Positions 1 through 10,268 of a stretch of 52,223 nucleotides of DNA are shown here, piece by piece. Origin of the DNA: Spirochaetales bacterium (GTDB lineage: Bacteria > Spirochaetota > Spirochaetia > JABEVK01); NCBI GenBank assembly GCA_037142615.1, contig JBAXAI010000026.1, positions 1-52,223 of the forward strand, read 5' to 3'. The translations under genes were made by a program, and so were the position numbers. The notes under the pieces were generated by a model. The model searched no databases. It worked only from the letters and a program-made list of their open reading frames with translations, and was not told where the DNA came from. Each line of letters opens with the position of its first letter. Positions within the stretch are counted from its first letter, which is position 1.

Positions 1-39
1 TCGTCAGGTCCGAAAACGTCAGCATCGAACGCCTCGTGA

Positions 40-230
40 GAAGATCGGGCTAGGCCCTTGGCGCTCAACCGCCTCACCACTGCGCAGTATCCAACCAAGG
101 CTCAACGCCCCGCGTGGTCGGTGCTTTCAAAGGCCAAACTCAAGATCAACTTCGGGCTGACAATGCCGGACTGGCGCGGGAGTCTGGCGGAGTTCTTCAC
201 TGAACTCGGTGAAAAGGGTAGACTTGTCCC

Positions 231-234
<4 letters not shown>
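40..234 (+). pseudogene. rfbD: 3' fragment of dTDP-4-dehydrorhamnose reductase (RmlD/RfbD C-terminus)
   Basis: Frame 1 reads LNRLTTAQYPTKAQRPAWSVLSKAKLKINFGLTMPDWRGSLAEFF..., resembling the RmlD C-terminal YPT.A.RP..S.L...DW..SL pattern. Its TGA (232-234) overlaps the metK ATG. An in-frame TGA lies at 37-39. Not in the ORF track. Confidence 0.65.
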
Positions 235-1394
<1,160 letters not shown>

Positions 1395-1399
1395 CCGGC

Positions 1400-3064
1400 T
1401 CAGAAGAGCAGGTATTTCACCGCGAACGACCCGTAGAGACCCCAGCCGTCGTCGCCGAGTTTGAGGCCACGGTTCCAAGCGTACTCCACCGAGGCCGAAG
1501 CGGCCAGTGACAGATTCCAATCCGGCAGCGGCAGTTCGCCGTCGAGCGTGCCGCGTAGGCGCGACTCGGTGGTTTGACCCAAGAAGGGCGCGTTGGCAAA
1601 CAGGTGCTCGCCCACCCCCAGCAGATCGAGTCCATGGTCAAAGACTGTGCCCTGTTGGGTTCTTGTCAGGTAGGGGTACTTGGTTGCGTCGGCTCCTTCG
1701 GAAGCGTTGGCGTGGCGGGTCATCACCACGCCGGCACCGAAGCTTAGCCCCGTGGGCAGTTCGTAGCGAGTTTGGAGCGCCGAGCGGTCCGAGTTTGGCC
1801 CTAGCGAGAGACCTAGGTTCTTGCCAGAATGGGAATAGTCAAGGTAGTTGGGCAAGTCATTCAGCGCGTAGTTCGCGCTGTTGAACTCGGCTCCACGGTT
1901 GGCGTCGAGGTAGTCGGGCCAGTGTGCGTAGGTGTAGGGGGCTACGGCGCTGTACACGCCCACCAGCGAAAATCCCGGCAGGAATCGGGGCTGCCAGTCC
2001 AGCTCGGCTTGGAGCGCAGCCTTGAGTCCGGTGTGGCTGTCACCAAACAGGAACTTCATGATCTGGAAGTCATCGAGATAGAGCTGGGCTCTCAGGTCCA
2101 CGTCCGGAATCACGTGAAGAGTCCCCCCGCCGCCTAAGAACAAGTTGTCGTAGTTACCGTTCTGCTCGGCGCTCAAAAAGTAGATGCTGGGCATCAGGTA
2201 TTCGAGCGCGAACCGCTGGCCGTACACCGAGGTCTGCCACACGTTGATTTCCATCCAGTCCAGCGGTCGCCATTGCGCGGTCGACAGGCTCAAGTACTTG
2301 CCGGGCGTGGCACCGCCGTTCCCCGTCCAATTGGTTGCGGTCAACGACATGGTGAGAAGCGAAATAATGGTGGTATCAGTCGTCCAAGTGAACGAGATCT
2401 GGGGCGCTTGGATCGACTGAGGACTGAGTACAATCCCGTCACCAAGGGCTTCTCCAAATGCTGCGCGCACATCGCCAAGCTGAAAGGCAGCCGATGGTGC
2501 CCCAAAGCTGACCAGTGACCCATAGGCCGGCGTGACGGCGAGAAGCGTGTTGCCCACCTGATTGAAGGTTTGGTCAAGGAACCAGTCAAATGGGTAATCC
2601 AGACCCGCCGGCAAATTGGTTTGAGCCAATGCCGGTGCAACAAACCCAGACCCCATCGCCGTGGTTTGGAGCACCAGCGTGTCGACGTTACTCTCGATGT
2701 GCACCGCGTCGCCCACCGAACCCTGAACATGGATGACGCCGCTGTGCAGGCCAAACCAATCCTGGGGGCCGAAGTACTCCGTGGCACCGACTTCCAGCCG
2801 GACGCCGACGGGGTGCAAATAGGCGTCGACGTAGCGCTTGGCTTTGGCCTGGTCGTCGGCAGAGCCGTTGGCGAGCACCTGCTGCAGCAAGCCTTGCAGA
2901 AGCACGCCTCCGTAGGGCTTGAGCAGGGGCAGTTGTCGAATCACCCCTTGCACTTCCCAGCGGTCCAAGTCACGATACAGCGGTGAGTTCAGGTCGGTTA
3001 GACTCTGAGCCGCCAGGCCCATGGGAATCAGCAAAAATAGCGCACGCCAGTTCAGTTTTTTCAC
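1400..3064 (-). CDS. Exported outer-membrane beta-barrel protein, Wzi (capsule assembly)-like
   Basis: Signal peptide after GTG at 3064 (KKLNWRALFLLIPMGLAAQ); amphipathic aromatic-rich strands; C-terminal Phe. The start is trimmed from the ORF track. Confidence 0.55.
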   Translation of the reverse strand: MKKLNWRALFLLIPMGLAAQSLTDLNSPLYRDLDRWEVQGVIRQLPLLKPYGGVLLQGLLQQVLANGSADDQAKAKRYVDAYLHPVGVRLEVGATEYFGPQDWFGLHSGVIHVQGSVGDAVHIESNVDTLVLQTTAMGSGFVAPALAQTNLPAGLDYPFDWFLDQTFNQVGNTLLAVTPAYGSLVSFGAPSAAFQLGDVRAAFGEALGDGIVLSPQSIQAPQISFTWTTDTTIISLLTMSLTATNWTGNGGATPGKYLSLSTAQWRPLDWMEINVWQTSVYGQRFALEYLMPSIYFLSAEQNGNYDNLFLGGGGTLHVIPDVDLRAQLYLDDFQIMKFLFGDSHTGLKAALQAELDWQPRFLPGFSLVGVYSAVAPYTYAHWPDYLDANRGAEFNSANYALNDLPNYLDYSHSGKNLGLSLGPNSDRSALQTRYELPTGLSFGAGVVMTRHANASEGADATKYPYLTRTQQGTVFDHGLDLLGVGEHLFANAPFLGQTTESRLRGTLDGELPLPDWNLSLAASASVEYAWNRGLKLGDDGWGLYGSFAVKYLLF

Positions 3065-3106
3065 GGTGGCAACACCATACAACAACCAGTCGCGACTCGG
3101 CCAGCC

Positions 3107-4297
3107 ATGACCCTCGACCTCGTCTGTCACGTCGTCGACAACTACGGCGACATTGCGGTGGTGTGGCGCTTGGCGCAGGCCCTAATGGAAGACACGGCCG
3201 ACGGTTCGCGTGGAAAGTGGCAAATCCGTATTCTGGTAGACGACCTAGCGGCTTTTCACGCGCTGACGCCGTTGGTGGACCCCTCGCTGGCAGTGCAGGA
3301 AATCGCGGTGCCGGGCCACCGGGTCACGGTTGTGCGCTCCACCGACAAGATGGCGCTGCGGGCCCTTCCTCTTCCCGACGTCATCGTTGAGGCCTTTGGC
3401 GCACCCACCCCGGTGGAGCGGCTGGAGGCCTTTTTTGTTGCCAGCGCAACCGAGCTTCGCGCGCGCGTGGTCATCCACCTCGAGTACTTGACCGCCGAAG
3501 CATACTCCGAAGACTATCATCTCCTGCCGTCACCACTGGGTAGGACCGGTGTGGAGCGCCACTTCTTCGTGCCGGGATTCCGGCGGCACACCGGCGGGTT
3601 GGTGTTCACTGACCGGAGTGCGGCTCTCGGCACCGCCGACTTGCCCCCGGAGTTGCGGCGTGGGGATGAGACCTGGCTGGTCACCGTGTTCAGCTACGAG
3701 CACGACTTCAGCCACCTGTGGGAAGACTTGGCGGCGTATCTGCAGCGGGCCGAAACGCCGGCGACAGCGCGGGTGATGGTACTGGCGGGGCGACCGCGCG
3801 AAGGGGCCCTAGCCTCGTGGCAGCGAAATGCTGATCCGGCCATCACGGTGCAACTCGTCCCTTTTGTCGACCAGGACACCTACACGGCGCTGGTCAACCA
3901 GGCCGACTTCAACCTCGTGCGCGGCGAGGAATCGTGGGTGGTGGCGGCCCTCAGCGGCAAACCCTTTTTGTGGCACGCCTACCTGCAAGACGACAACCAT
4001 CAGTTGGTGAAAATCGACGCCTTTCTCGACGTCCTGGCTCCCGAATTTGCAACCGACGGCCCCGAGGCCCAACAAGCGTTCGCGGCGATGGCGGCCGAGT
4101 TCCGTGCCTTCAACACCCGCCCTGCCACGGCGCCGCTTCGCAACTCGGCCGACGACGCGCCGTTGGAACACTACTCGGTCTTCTTCGAACACCACGAGGT
4201 CCTGTCGCGCGTCCTGTCCCGATGGGCGCTCCAAATGCGGAATTCCGCCAAATTGAGCCGTCGCCTTCTGGATTTCCTTAACAGCTTCCGGGTATAA
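3107..4297 (+). CDS. earP: EF-P arginine rhamnosyltransferase EarP
   Basis: VVDNYGDI, LEYLTAE, FFVPGF...TGGL, DFNLVRGEES and GKPFLWHAY motifs; directly upstream of efp. Confidence 0.93.
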   Translation: MTLDLVCHVVDNYGDIAVVWRLAQALMEDTADGSRGKWQIRILVDDLAAFHALTPLVDPSLAVQEIAVPGHRVTVVRSTDKMALRALPLPDVIVEAFGAPTPVERLEAFFVASATELRARVVIHLEYLTAEAYSEDYHLLPSPLGRTGVERHFFVPGFRRHTGGLVFTDRSAALGTADLPPELRRGDETWLVTVFSYEHDFSHLWEDLAAYLQRAETPATARVMVLAGRPREGALASWQRNADPAITVQLVPFVDQDTYTALVNQADFNLVRGEESWVVAALSGKPFLWHAYLQDDNHQLVKIDAFLDVLAPEFATDGPEAQQAFAAMAAEFRAFNTRPATAPLRNSADDAPLEHYSVFFEHHEVLSRVLSRWALQMRNSAKLSRRLLDFLNSFRV

Positions 4298-4329
4298 TCC
4301 GCGAACATCACTTTTATAGGAATCGAATT

Positions 4330-4899
4330 ATGCTGACAGCTTCCGAATTGAAGGTCGGTACCGTGTTCAAGGTCGGTACTGAAGTCCTGGTCGTCCAGAA
4401 ACTGGAAGGGACCAAAACTGGCCGCAACATGTCCGTTACCCAGTTGCGGGTCAAGAACCTGCTGACCAACGTCACGGCCGCCGCCGCGTATCGCCTGAGC
4501 GACAACTTCGAGGAGATTCTCCTCGACAACAAGAAGATGAACTTTCAGTACGCCACCGGCGACACGTTCAACTTCATGGACAACGAAAGCTACGAGCAGT
4601 CCGAGATCGAACGCGAGGAACTCGGCGACGCTCCCAACTACATGGCCGAAGGCATGGACGTCGAAATTGTGTTTTACGAAGGCAAGCCGGTCACCGTCAA
4701 GCTTCCCATTCTGGTCGACCGCCAGGTCGTCTACTGCGAACCCGGCATCAAGGGCGACACTTCGGGCCGCTCGCTCAAGCCCGCCAAGCTCGACACCGGC
4801 TTCGAAATCATGATCCCGATTTTCGTCGATCAGGGCGAATGGGTTCGCGTCGATACCCGCGACGGCAGCTACAAAGAACGCGTCAAAGTCACCAAGTAA
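4330..4899 (+). CDS. efp: Elongation factor P (Arg32 type)
   Basis: 189 aa; KTGRN loop with Arg at position 32; PGIKGDT, KPAKLDTG and P.F...GE...VDTRDG.Y motifs. Confidence 0.97.
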   Translation: MLTASELKVGTVFKVGTEVLVVQKLEGTKTGRNMSVTQLRVKNLLTNVTAAAAYRLSDNFEEILLDNKKMNFQYATGDTFNFMDNESYEQSEIEREELGDAPNYMAEGMDVEIVFYEGKPVTVKLPILVDRQVVYCEPGIKGDTSGRSLKPAKLDTGFEIMIPIFVDQGEWVRVDTRDGSYKERVKVTK

Positions 4900-4925
4900 A
4901 CGCCAGAGTTACAGTTCGTTCATCG

Positions 4926-4995
4926 GATTGACTAACAATCGCCTCCGGAGCAAAATGCAGGTCAAATCCTGCTGATGCCACGGAGGCTTTTTTTT
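4926..4995 (+). promoter_or_regulatory. Structured intergenic element: terminator-like stem that also sequesters the downstream SD
   Basis: GCCTCCG (4941-4947) pairs with CGGAGGC (4981-4987) and is followed by T8. Inner stem GCAGG/CCTGC; preceding hairpin GATTG/CAATC. GGAGG lies 7 nt before the TTG start. Confidence 0.5.
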
Positions 4996-5428
4996 GACCC
5001 AGCTACTTGAACTTCTGCTTTCCAACAGTCCTTGGAATCTGGTTTTGTTTTTTGCGATCCCCTTGGGGTTTGGCACCATCTCGGGGGCTTCTGAACTCTT
5101 CGTGCTGTACAGAAAAGAAACCCACGGCGTCTGGAAGTCGATCAACAGTTGGTCCGGTTGGATCTCGGCCGGCTGGTTCTGTTGGGTCGCGTTCGAGTTG
5201 CTCACCCAACACTGGCTGGGCATGGCCTGGCGCAACGTGCTCGACTTCGTCTCGATGACCGCCTACATCGCGCTTACGTTCCCGCTGTTGGGGATGGCCA
5301 TCGCCGACCTTCCTTGGGTGAAGATCCGCAAGCGCCCTGAGCGCAGACTGGCCGTCCACGCCGGGTTTTCGGCCCTGTTCCGGGTGATGCTGTTTATCGC
5401 CGTCGGAACCGCGCTCTGGAAGGTGTGA
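4994..5428 (+). CDS. Small membrane protein, DUF6803-like
   Basis: About four hydrophobic segments; N-terminal ELLLSNSPWNLVLFFAIP resembles DUF6803 proteins as recalled. Confidence 0.6.
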   Translation: MTQLLELLLSNSPWNLVLFFAIPLGFGTISGASELFVLYRKETHGVWKSINSWSGWISAGWFCWVAFELLTQHWLGMAWRNVLDFVSMTAYIALTFPLLGMAIADLPWVKIRKRPERRLAVHAGFSALFRVMLFIAVGTALWKV

Positions 5429-5931
5429 GCCGCTTTTTTGCTCCCCATTTCGCGGGACTGATCCTCCTCGGGTTGGTCCTCGGTGCTTGCCAAGTCCCCG
5501 GGCAGGCTGAGTTTGACCGCTGGGAACCGAAGTTTGTTCACCGACCGGCAGAGTTTACCAGTTCGGTGACGGCTTTGTGGATTTCGGGTTACCAGGAAGA
5601 GGCCTCCACCAAGCGTTTTGTCCGCTATTCCGCTTTTGGCGCGGTTCCCGAGAAAATGGTCCCTGACGGCAACGGTACCTACACGGTGCTGGTCAGTTTG
5701 CACCGGCAGGCCGAAACCTCCGACGGGCCCGTGGCCGACCAGGTGGTCGACTACCTCGTTCGGGTAGCCCGCGACGGCGACAAGTTCCGGTTTCTGCCCA
5801 CCGACCCGTTGCCGCAGCCTGTCGCCGTGTACCACGACGCGTGGAACCGCACCGTGCATGTGCGCGGGTATTCCCAAGACGACACCAAAGGCTTGGCCAC
5901 CGTGGCATGGGAATTTCAGGGCCGGTACTGA
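5425..5931 (+). CDS. Hypothetical lipoprotein
   Basis: Hydrophobic leader ending in the lipobox LGAC; GTGA overlap with the upstream gene. Confidence 0.65.
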   Translation: MSRFFAPHFAGLILLGLVLGACQVPGQAEFDRWEPKFVHRPAEFTSSVTALWISGYQEEASTKRFVRYSAFGAVPEKMVPDGNGTYTVLVSLHRQAETSDGPVADQVVDYLVRVARDGDKFRFLPTDPLPQPVAVYHDAWNRTVHVRGYSQDDTKGLATVAWEFQGRY

Positions 5932-5936
5932 ACCCC

Positions 5937-8360
5937 ATGCTGCAAGACTTCCTCCCCGAGATTCAAAAGGTCCTGGCCGCGAACCGCCCGCTTCTGCTCA
6001 CGGCGGAGCCGGGGGCTGGCAAGACCACCTTGATTCCCCCGGCCCTGCTCGATGAGGCGTGGCTCGCGGGACGCAAGATTCTGCTGCTGGAGCCCCGCCG
6101 GGTGGCTGCCCGCGCCGCCGCGTCGCGCATGGCGTTTTTGCGCGGCGAGCAACCGGGCCAAACCATCGGTTGGCGCATGGCCCAAGACTCGGTGGTGGGC
6201 CCGAACACCCGCCTCGAAGTGATCACCGAAGGCGTGCTGACCCGCATGCTCCAGAGCGACCCGGAATTGAGCGGCGTCGGGTTGGTGCTGTTCGACGAGT
6301 TCCACGAGCGTTCGCTCCACGCCGACCTCGGGCTCGCTCTATGCCTCGACGTGCGCAAGGCGCTCCGGCCAGACTTGCGGTTGGGCCTGCTTTCGGCCAC
6401 GCTCGACCGCGAATTGGTTCTCGCCAAACTGCCCGAAACGGTCGCCGTGCACGCCCCGGGCCGGGTTTTTCCTGTCGCGACCGAGTATCGGCCTTCGCCC
6501 GAGACTGGCGCATCGCGCGGAACCGCCGTGGACTGCGAGTGGGTGGCCCGGCAAGTCCAGGACGGCTGGAAGGCGGTGAAGGGGAGTCTGCTGGTGTTCC
6601 TTCCCGGCGGGTACGAGATCCGCAAGGTGCAGAGCTTGCTCGAAGACGCCGCCCGCCAAGCCCGAGAGAGGCTGGAACCACTGCACGGTAGCCTGACCGC
6701 CCGCGAACAGGCGCAGGTGCTCGAGGCCCTGCCGCCCAACCAGCGCAAAACGGTGCTGGCAACCTCCGTGGCCGAAACCAGCGTCACGATCCCGGGCGTC
6801 GAGCTCGTGATCGACAGCGGTTGGGCCCGGCTCGGCCGCTACGACCAAGGGCGCTCGCTCGACCGGTTGGTCACTGAACGCCTCAGTTTGGCCTCGGCCG
6901 ACCAACGACGCGGGCGCGCTGGACGCACGGGCCCAGGCCAATGCTGGCGTCTGTGGCCGCAGCGCGAGGCCCTGCCAGCCGCAACCGACCCCGAAATCCG
7001 CCGCGCCGACCTGGGGCCCCTGGTGCTCGAGTGCGCCGTTTGGGGCGCCCGAGCGGCGTCAGACCTCGACTGGATGACCGACCCGGCCCCCGCCGCTTGG
7101 AACGCCGCACGGTCGCAATTGCATATGCTGGTGGCAATTGACCGCGAGGGGGCGGTGACACCGGCAGGAAAGGACCTCGCGGCGCTGGGTCTGGGGCCTC
7201 GCTTGGGCCGGATGGTGCAGGCCTCGCGAAGTCCCGTCGCTCTGGCTTGCGCCGCCTTGCTCAGCGAACGCGACAGGGCCACAGGCAGTGACCCCGACGC
7301 CCGCGTGAGGCTCGAAAACCTGACCCCCTTGCGCGATACGCTGACTTTGATCGCCCGACGTGCCGGCGCCCCTTCTGTGGCCTCGCTGCCCGCGGGCTGG
7401 GCCGACGAGGTGGGCCTCACTCTTTTGGCGGCCTACCCCGACCGGTTGGCTTTCCGCACACAGACCACCGGCGTCGCGGGGCAGTTCCAGCTGCCGTCGG
7501 GCCGAATCGTTCGCGTGCGCGGGGCTCTCGCCGCCGAGGAAACGCTGGTGGTTCCCGAGGCCGACGCCGGAGCCGAGGGAGCCGGTAGCAACGGTGTCGG
7601 CACGGTTTGGCTGGCCGCCCCGGTGGACCGCGACGTTGCCCGAGCAGCCCTCGGTGGTCTGGTCGAAACCAAAGTGGAAATCGAGTGGACGCGCTGGCGG
7701 GCAAGGGCCTTCCGCAGTCGTTCCTGGGGCGCCCTGAGCTTTGAGCGCACGGGATTGTCGTTGGGCGACGTGCAGGCTGAGCTCCGGGAGTCGCTGGCCG
7801 AGCGTTTGGCTGACCCCGCCGTGGAACTTCCCTGGAGCGCAGCCACCCGACAACTGTGGGTGCGGCTGAGTTTCCTCAAGGCGGAGGGCCCGGTCGAGTG
7901 GGGCTGGCTGGCCGGATTGGTGGACCTTTCTCAGCCCGAAGTGCTCGCCGAGCGGTCGTTCAGCGCTTTGTTGCACAATTCCCTGCCTCACGATTTGCGT
8001 CGCCGCCTCGAGACCGAAGCGCCCGAAACGCTGGTGGTGCCCAGCGGAAGCCGCCGCAAGCTCGACTACCGCGAGGAAGGCGAGGCCGGTACCTGCTCCG
8101 TGCACCTCGAGGTGCGCATCCAAGAGGTGTTTGGGCTCGCGCAATCGCCCCGCGTTGGGGGCCAGGCGGTCGTCCTCCACCTGCTCAACCCCGGTCACAA
8201 GCCTCTGCAGATCACCAGCGACCTGGCCAGCTTCTGGTCGACGACCTATCAGGAAGTGCGAAAGCAGATGCGGGGCCAGTACCCGCGACATTACTGGCCC
8301 GACAACCCACTCGAGGCCGAACCCACCTCTAGACCCAAACCGAAATCCTCGGCAAGATAG
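5937..8360 (+). CDS. hrpB: ATP-dependent DEAH-box helicase HrpB
   Basis: AEPGAGKTT, DEFHER, SAT and QRRGRAGR motifs; C-terminal LQITSDLASFW..Y..VRK.MRG.YPRHYWP. Confidence 0.95.
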   Translation: MLQDFLPEIQKVLAANRPLLLTAEPGAGKTTLIPPALLDEAWLAGRKILLLEPRRVAARAAASRMAFLRGEQPGQTIGWRMAQDSVVGPNTRLEVITEGVLTRMLQSDPELSGVGLVLFDEFHERSLHADLGLALCLDVRKALRPDLRLGLLSATLDRELVLAKLPETVAVHAPGRVFPVATEYRPSPETGASRGTAVDCEWVARQVQDGWKAVKGSLLVFLPGGYEIRKVQSLLEDAARQARERLEPLHGSLTAREQAQVLEALPPNQRKTVLATSVAETSVTIPGVELVIDSGWARLGRYDQGRSLDRLVTERLSLASADQRRGRAGRTGPGQCWRLWPQREALPAATDPEIRRADLGPLVLECAVWGARAASDLDWMTDPAPAAWNAARSQLHMLVAIDREGAVTPAGKDLAALGLGPRLGRMVQASRSPVALACAALLSERDRATGSDPDARVRLENLTPLRDTLTLIARRAGAPSVASLPAGWADEVGLTLLAAYPDRLAFRTQTTGVAGQFQLPSGRIVRVRGALAAEETLVVPEADAGAEGAGSNGVGTVWLAAPVDRDVARAALGGLVETKVEIEWTRWRARAFRSRSWGALSFERTGLSLGDVQAELRESLAERLADPAVELPWSAATRQLWVRLSFLKAEGPVEWGWLAGLVDLSQPEVLAERSFSALLHNSLPHDLRRRLETEAPETLVVPSGSRRKLDYREEGEAGTCSVHLEVRIQEVFGLAQSPRVGGQAVVLHLLNPGHKPLQITSDLASFWSTTYQEVRKQMRGQYPRHYWPDNPLEAEPTSRPKPKSSAR

Positions 8361-8386
8361 CGCATCAATACATGTGGAGGATTTTC

Positions 8387-8881
8387 ATGAAGAAGATCGC
8401 ATTGGTTTGTATCGCCCTTTTGGGCTTACTGGCAGCTCCGGCGTTCGCCGCCGAATGGGGCGCGCCAAAAGTACTCAACGCAGAACTTGGTGCTGACCTC
8501 GGCTTCGGCTGGATTGGTGGAAGCGCCGGCGCCGAACTCGGTCTGTTCCAATGGAACCTCGGCCCCCAGTTCAAGCTCAACTTCGGGGTCAAAGGCGCTG
8601 CCGGCGTGGACCTCGACTTTCTTTCGGCTGGAATCCGCTTGGGTGTCGGCGCCTACGGCGTTCTGCACTATCCCATCAAGCAGTTGAACACGGGGATCGA
8701 CTTCCTCAACAAGCTGGACTACTGGCTGGGCCTCGGTGTGGGTCTGCACATCTTGTCGACCTTCTACCCCACCCCCGCCTACACCAGCGGCGTGTCGTAC
8801 GATCTGAACAGCAATTTGGCTGTGTACGCCGGCTACAACGAGTTTGGCGGCAGTTCGTTCGGCATCAAGACGACGTTCTAG
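8387..8881 (+). CDS. Small outer-membrane beta-barrel protein
   Basis: GGAGG SD; signal peptide MKKIAL...AFA; Gly/aromatic alternating strands; terminal Phe. Confidence 0.7.
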   Translation: MKKIALVCIALLGLLAAPAFAAEWGAPKVLNAELGADLGFGWIGGSAGAELGLFQWNLGPQFKLNFGVKGAAGVDLDFLSAGIRLGVGAYGVLHYPIKQLNTGIDFLNKLDYWLGLGVGLHILSTFYPTPAYTSGVSYDLNSNLAVYAGYNEFGGSSFGIKTTF

Positions 8882-8891
8882 CCGGTCCCGA

Positions 8892-9545
8892 CTACCGGTT
8901 TATCAGCGCCCGGTAGCGGGCCACCATGCCCGGGTTTTTGGCGAAGGTTTTTACCGAGAACCGCACCGGGCTGGTGACGATGGCCAACAGCCGCGCCAAT
9001 TGTTCTTTGTCGAGGTTGCGGACCCCGGTGCCGTAGTGGTACCGGGCCGCGGCCTCGATGCCGAACACCCCCGGCCCCCACTCAATCGAGTTCAGGTACA
9101 GCTCCAAGATGCGGTCCTTGGACAGCACAGCCTCGAGCATCAGCGCGATCACCGCTTCGCTACCCTTGCGGATCCAGTTCTTGTCGGGCGTGAGGAACAG
9201 GGTGCGCGCCAGTTGCTGGGTGATCGTGCTGCCCCCGTAGGCCTCGTAACCCAGGCGTTGGTTGGCCGCCCAGGCCTCCTGAATGGCGCCCCAGACAATT
9301 CCCCAATGGGTGTAGAAGTTGTGGTCCTCGAGGTAAAGGATGCCGGTACGGGCGTACGACGGAAGCTGCGCCAGCGGCACAAAGCGCGGCGTTCGGATCT
9401 CGGTTCCCTGCGTGGCCCGGCGGACCATCAGGGTACTGACACCGGGGTTCACCCAAACGAAAGCCACGATGCAAAGCAACACGGTGGCGAAAAACGAGGC
9501 GATGAGCAGCACGCCCCCCATGAGAATCGCCAACAACGCTTTCAT
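8892..9545 (-). CDS. mtgA: Monofunctional peptidoglycan glycosyltransferase (GT51)
   Basis: EDHNFYTHWG, GGSTITQQLA, RKGSE and KDRILELYLN motifs; N-terminal membrane anchor. Confidence 0.9.
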   Translation of the reverse strand: MKALLAILMGGVLLIASFFATVLLCIVAFVWVNPGVSTLMVRRATQGTEIRTPRFVPLAQLPSYARTGILYLEDHNFYTHWGIVWGAIQEAWAANQRLGYEAYGGSTITQQLARTLFLTPDKNWIRKGSEAVIALMLEAVLSKDRILELYLNSIEWGPGVFGIEAAARYHYGTGVRNLDKEQLARLLAIVTSPVRFSVKTFAKNPGMVARYRALINR

Positions 9546-9575
9546 GGGGCCAGTTTACTGCCGATAATGGGAAGA

Positions 9576-10268
9576 ATGAAGATGCCCCTCGTTGCTGTGT
9601 TTGCCACCTTGCTTCTGGTGTTGCCTCTGGACGCCAACGAAACCCCTGCGCACGCCGGGGCGTCCGAAGCCGCCGCCACCGGTGAGCCAGCGCCCGAGTC
9701 GCCGCTGACCGATGCCGAGAGGGCGCTTAAGCTCGACCCCCGTGCGGTGAAGCTCGACGAGCATGGCGAAGCCTACTTGCTGTGGGAAAAGGAACCCGTC
9801 CGCGTCGATTTGATCCTGGACCTGACTCCGTGGGACCTGATGAAGATCTATCAGAGCTTGACGGCCAAGGCGCTGCCGCTGAGCCGCTTCGGGCAAGGTG
9901 GAATCGACGAGCTGACCCAAGCGTGGCGCGACAAACTGGCCGAGTTCGTCGTCAGTCGCCAGGACCCCGCCGTGGAACACCAGGAGAACCTCTTTGACCC
10001 CGAACTGGTGCTGTGGGACCCTGGCTACATCCAGAACCAGAACGAGTGGGGCCAGTGGTATTTGCACCTCGACCGGCGCGACATCGTGCAGCGCGACTTG
10101 GCGACGCTCAGCCCCCTCGAGGTGCAGCAAGCGGTTGTCGTGCTCACGGGCCGTACCTACCCGGTGGAGTTTGTGCTCGAGCACCTGGAGGCCTTCCGGG
10201 CCCAACTGACCGTGCACCAGCGGCTGGCCGAGGCCGTGGCTTCCGAGACGCCTCCCGCCCATGAGTAA
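9576..10268 (+). CDS. Hypothetical exported protein with a possible internal duplication
   Basis: Signal-peptide-like MKMPLVAVFATLLLVLPLDA; coupled to the MFS gene. The upstream part of the track ORF is antisense to mtgA. Confidence 0.6.
   Translation: MKMPLVAVFATLLLVLPLDANETPAHAGASEAAATGEPAPESPLTDAERALKLDPRAVKLDEHGEAYLLWEKEPVRVDLILDLTPWDLMKIYQSLTAKALPLSRFGQGGIDELTQAWRDKLAEFVVSRQDPAVEHQENLFDPELVLWDPGYIQNQNEWGQWYLHLDRRDIVQRDLATLSPLEVQQAVVVLTGRTYPVEFVLEHLEAFRAQLTVHQRLAEAVASETPPAHE

Noticed and set aside
1-230. SAM riboswitch upstream of metK
   Set aside because: No SAM-I/II consensus seen; the region is explained by RmlD-like coding sequence
4293-4298. TATAAT as an internal efp promoter
   Set aside because: No convincing -35 or extended -10; not supportable from sequence alone
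4348-4380. Short tandem repeat AAGGTCGGTAC in efp
   Set aside because: Two copies encoding KVGT within a normal-length EF-P; likely coincidental
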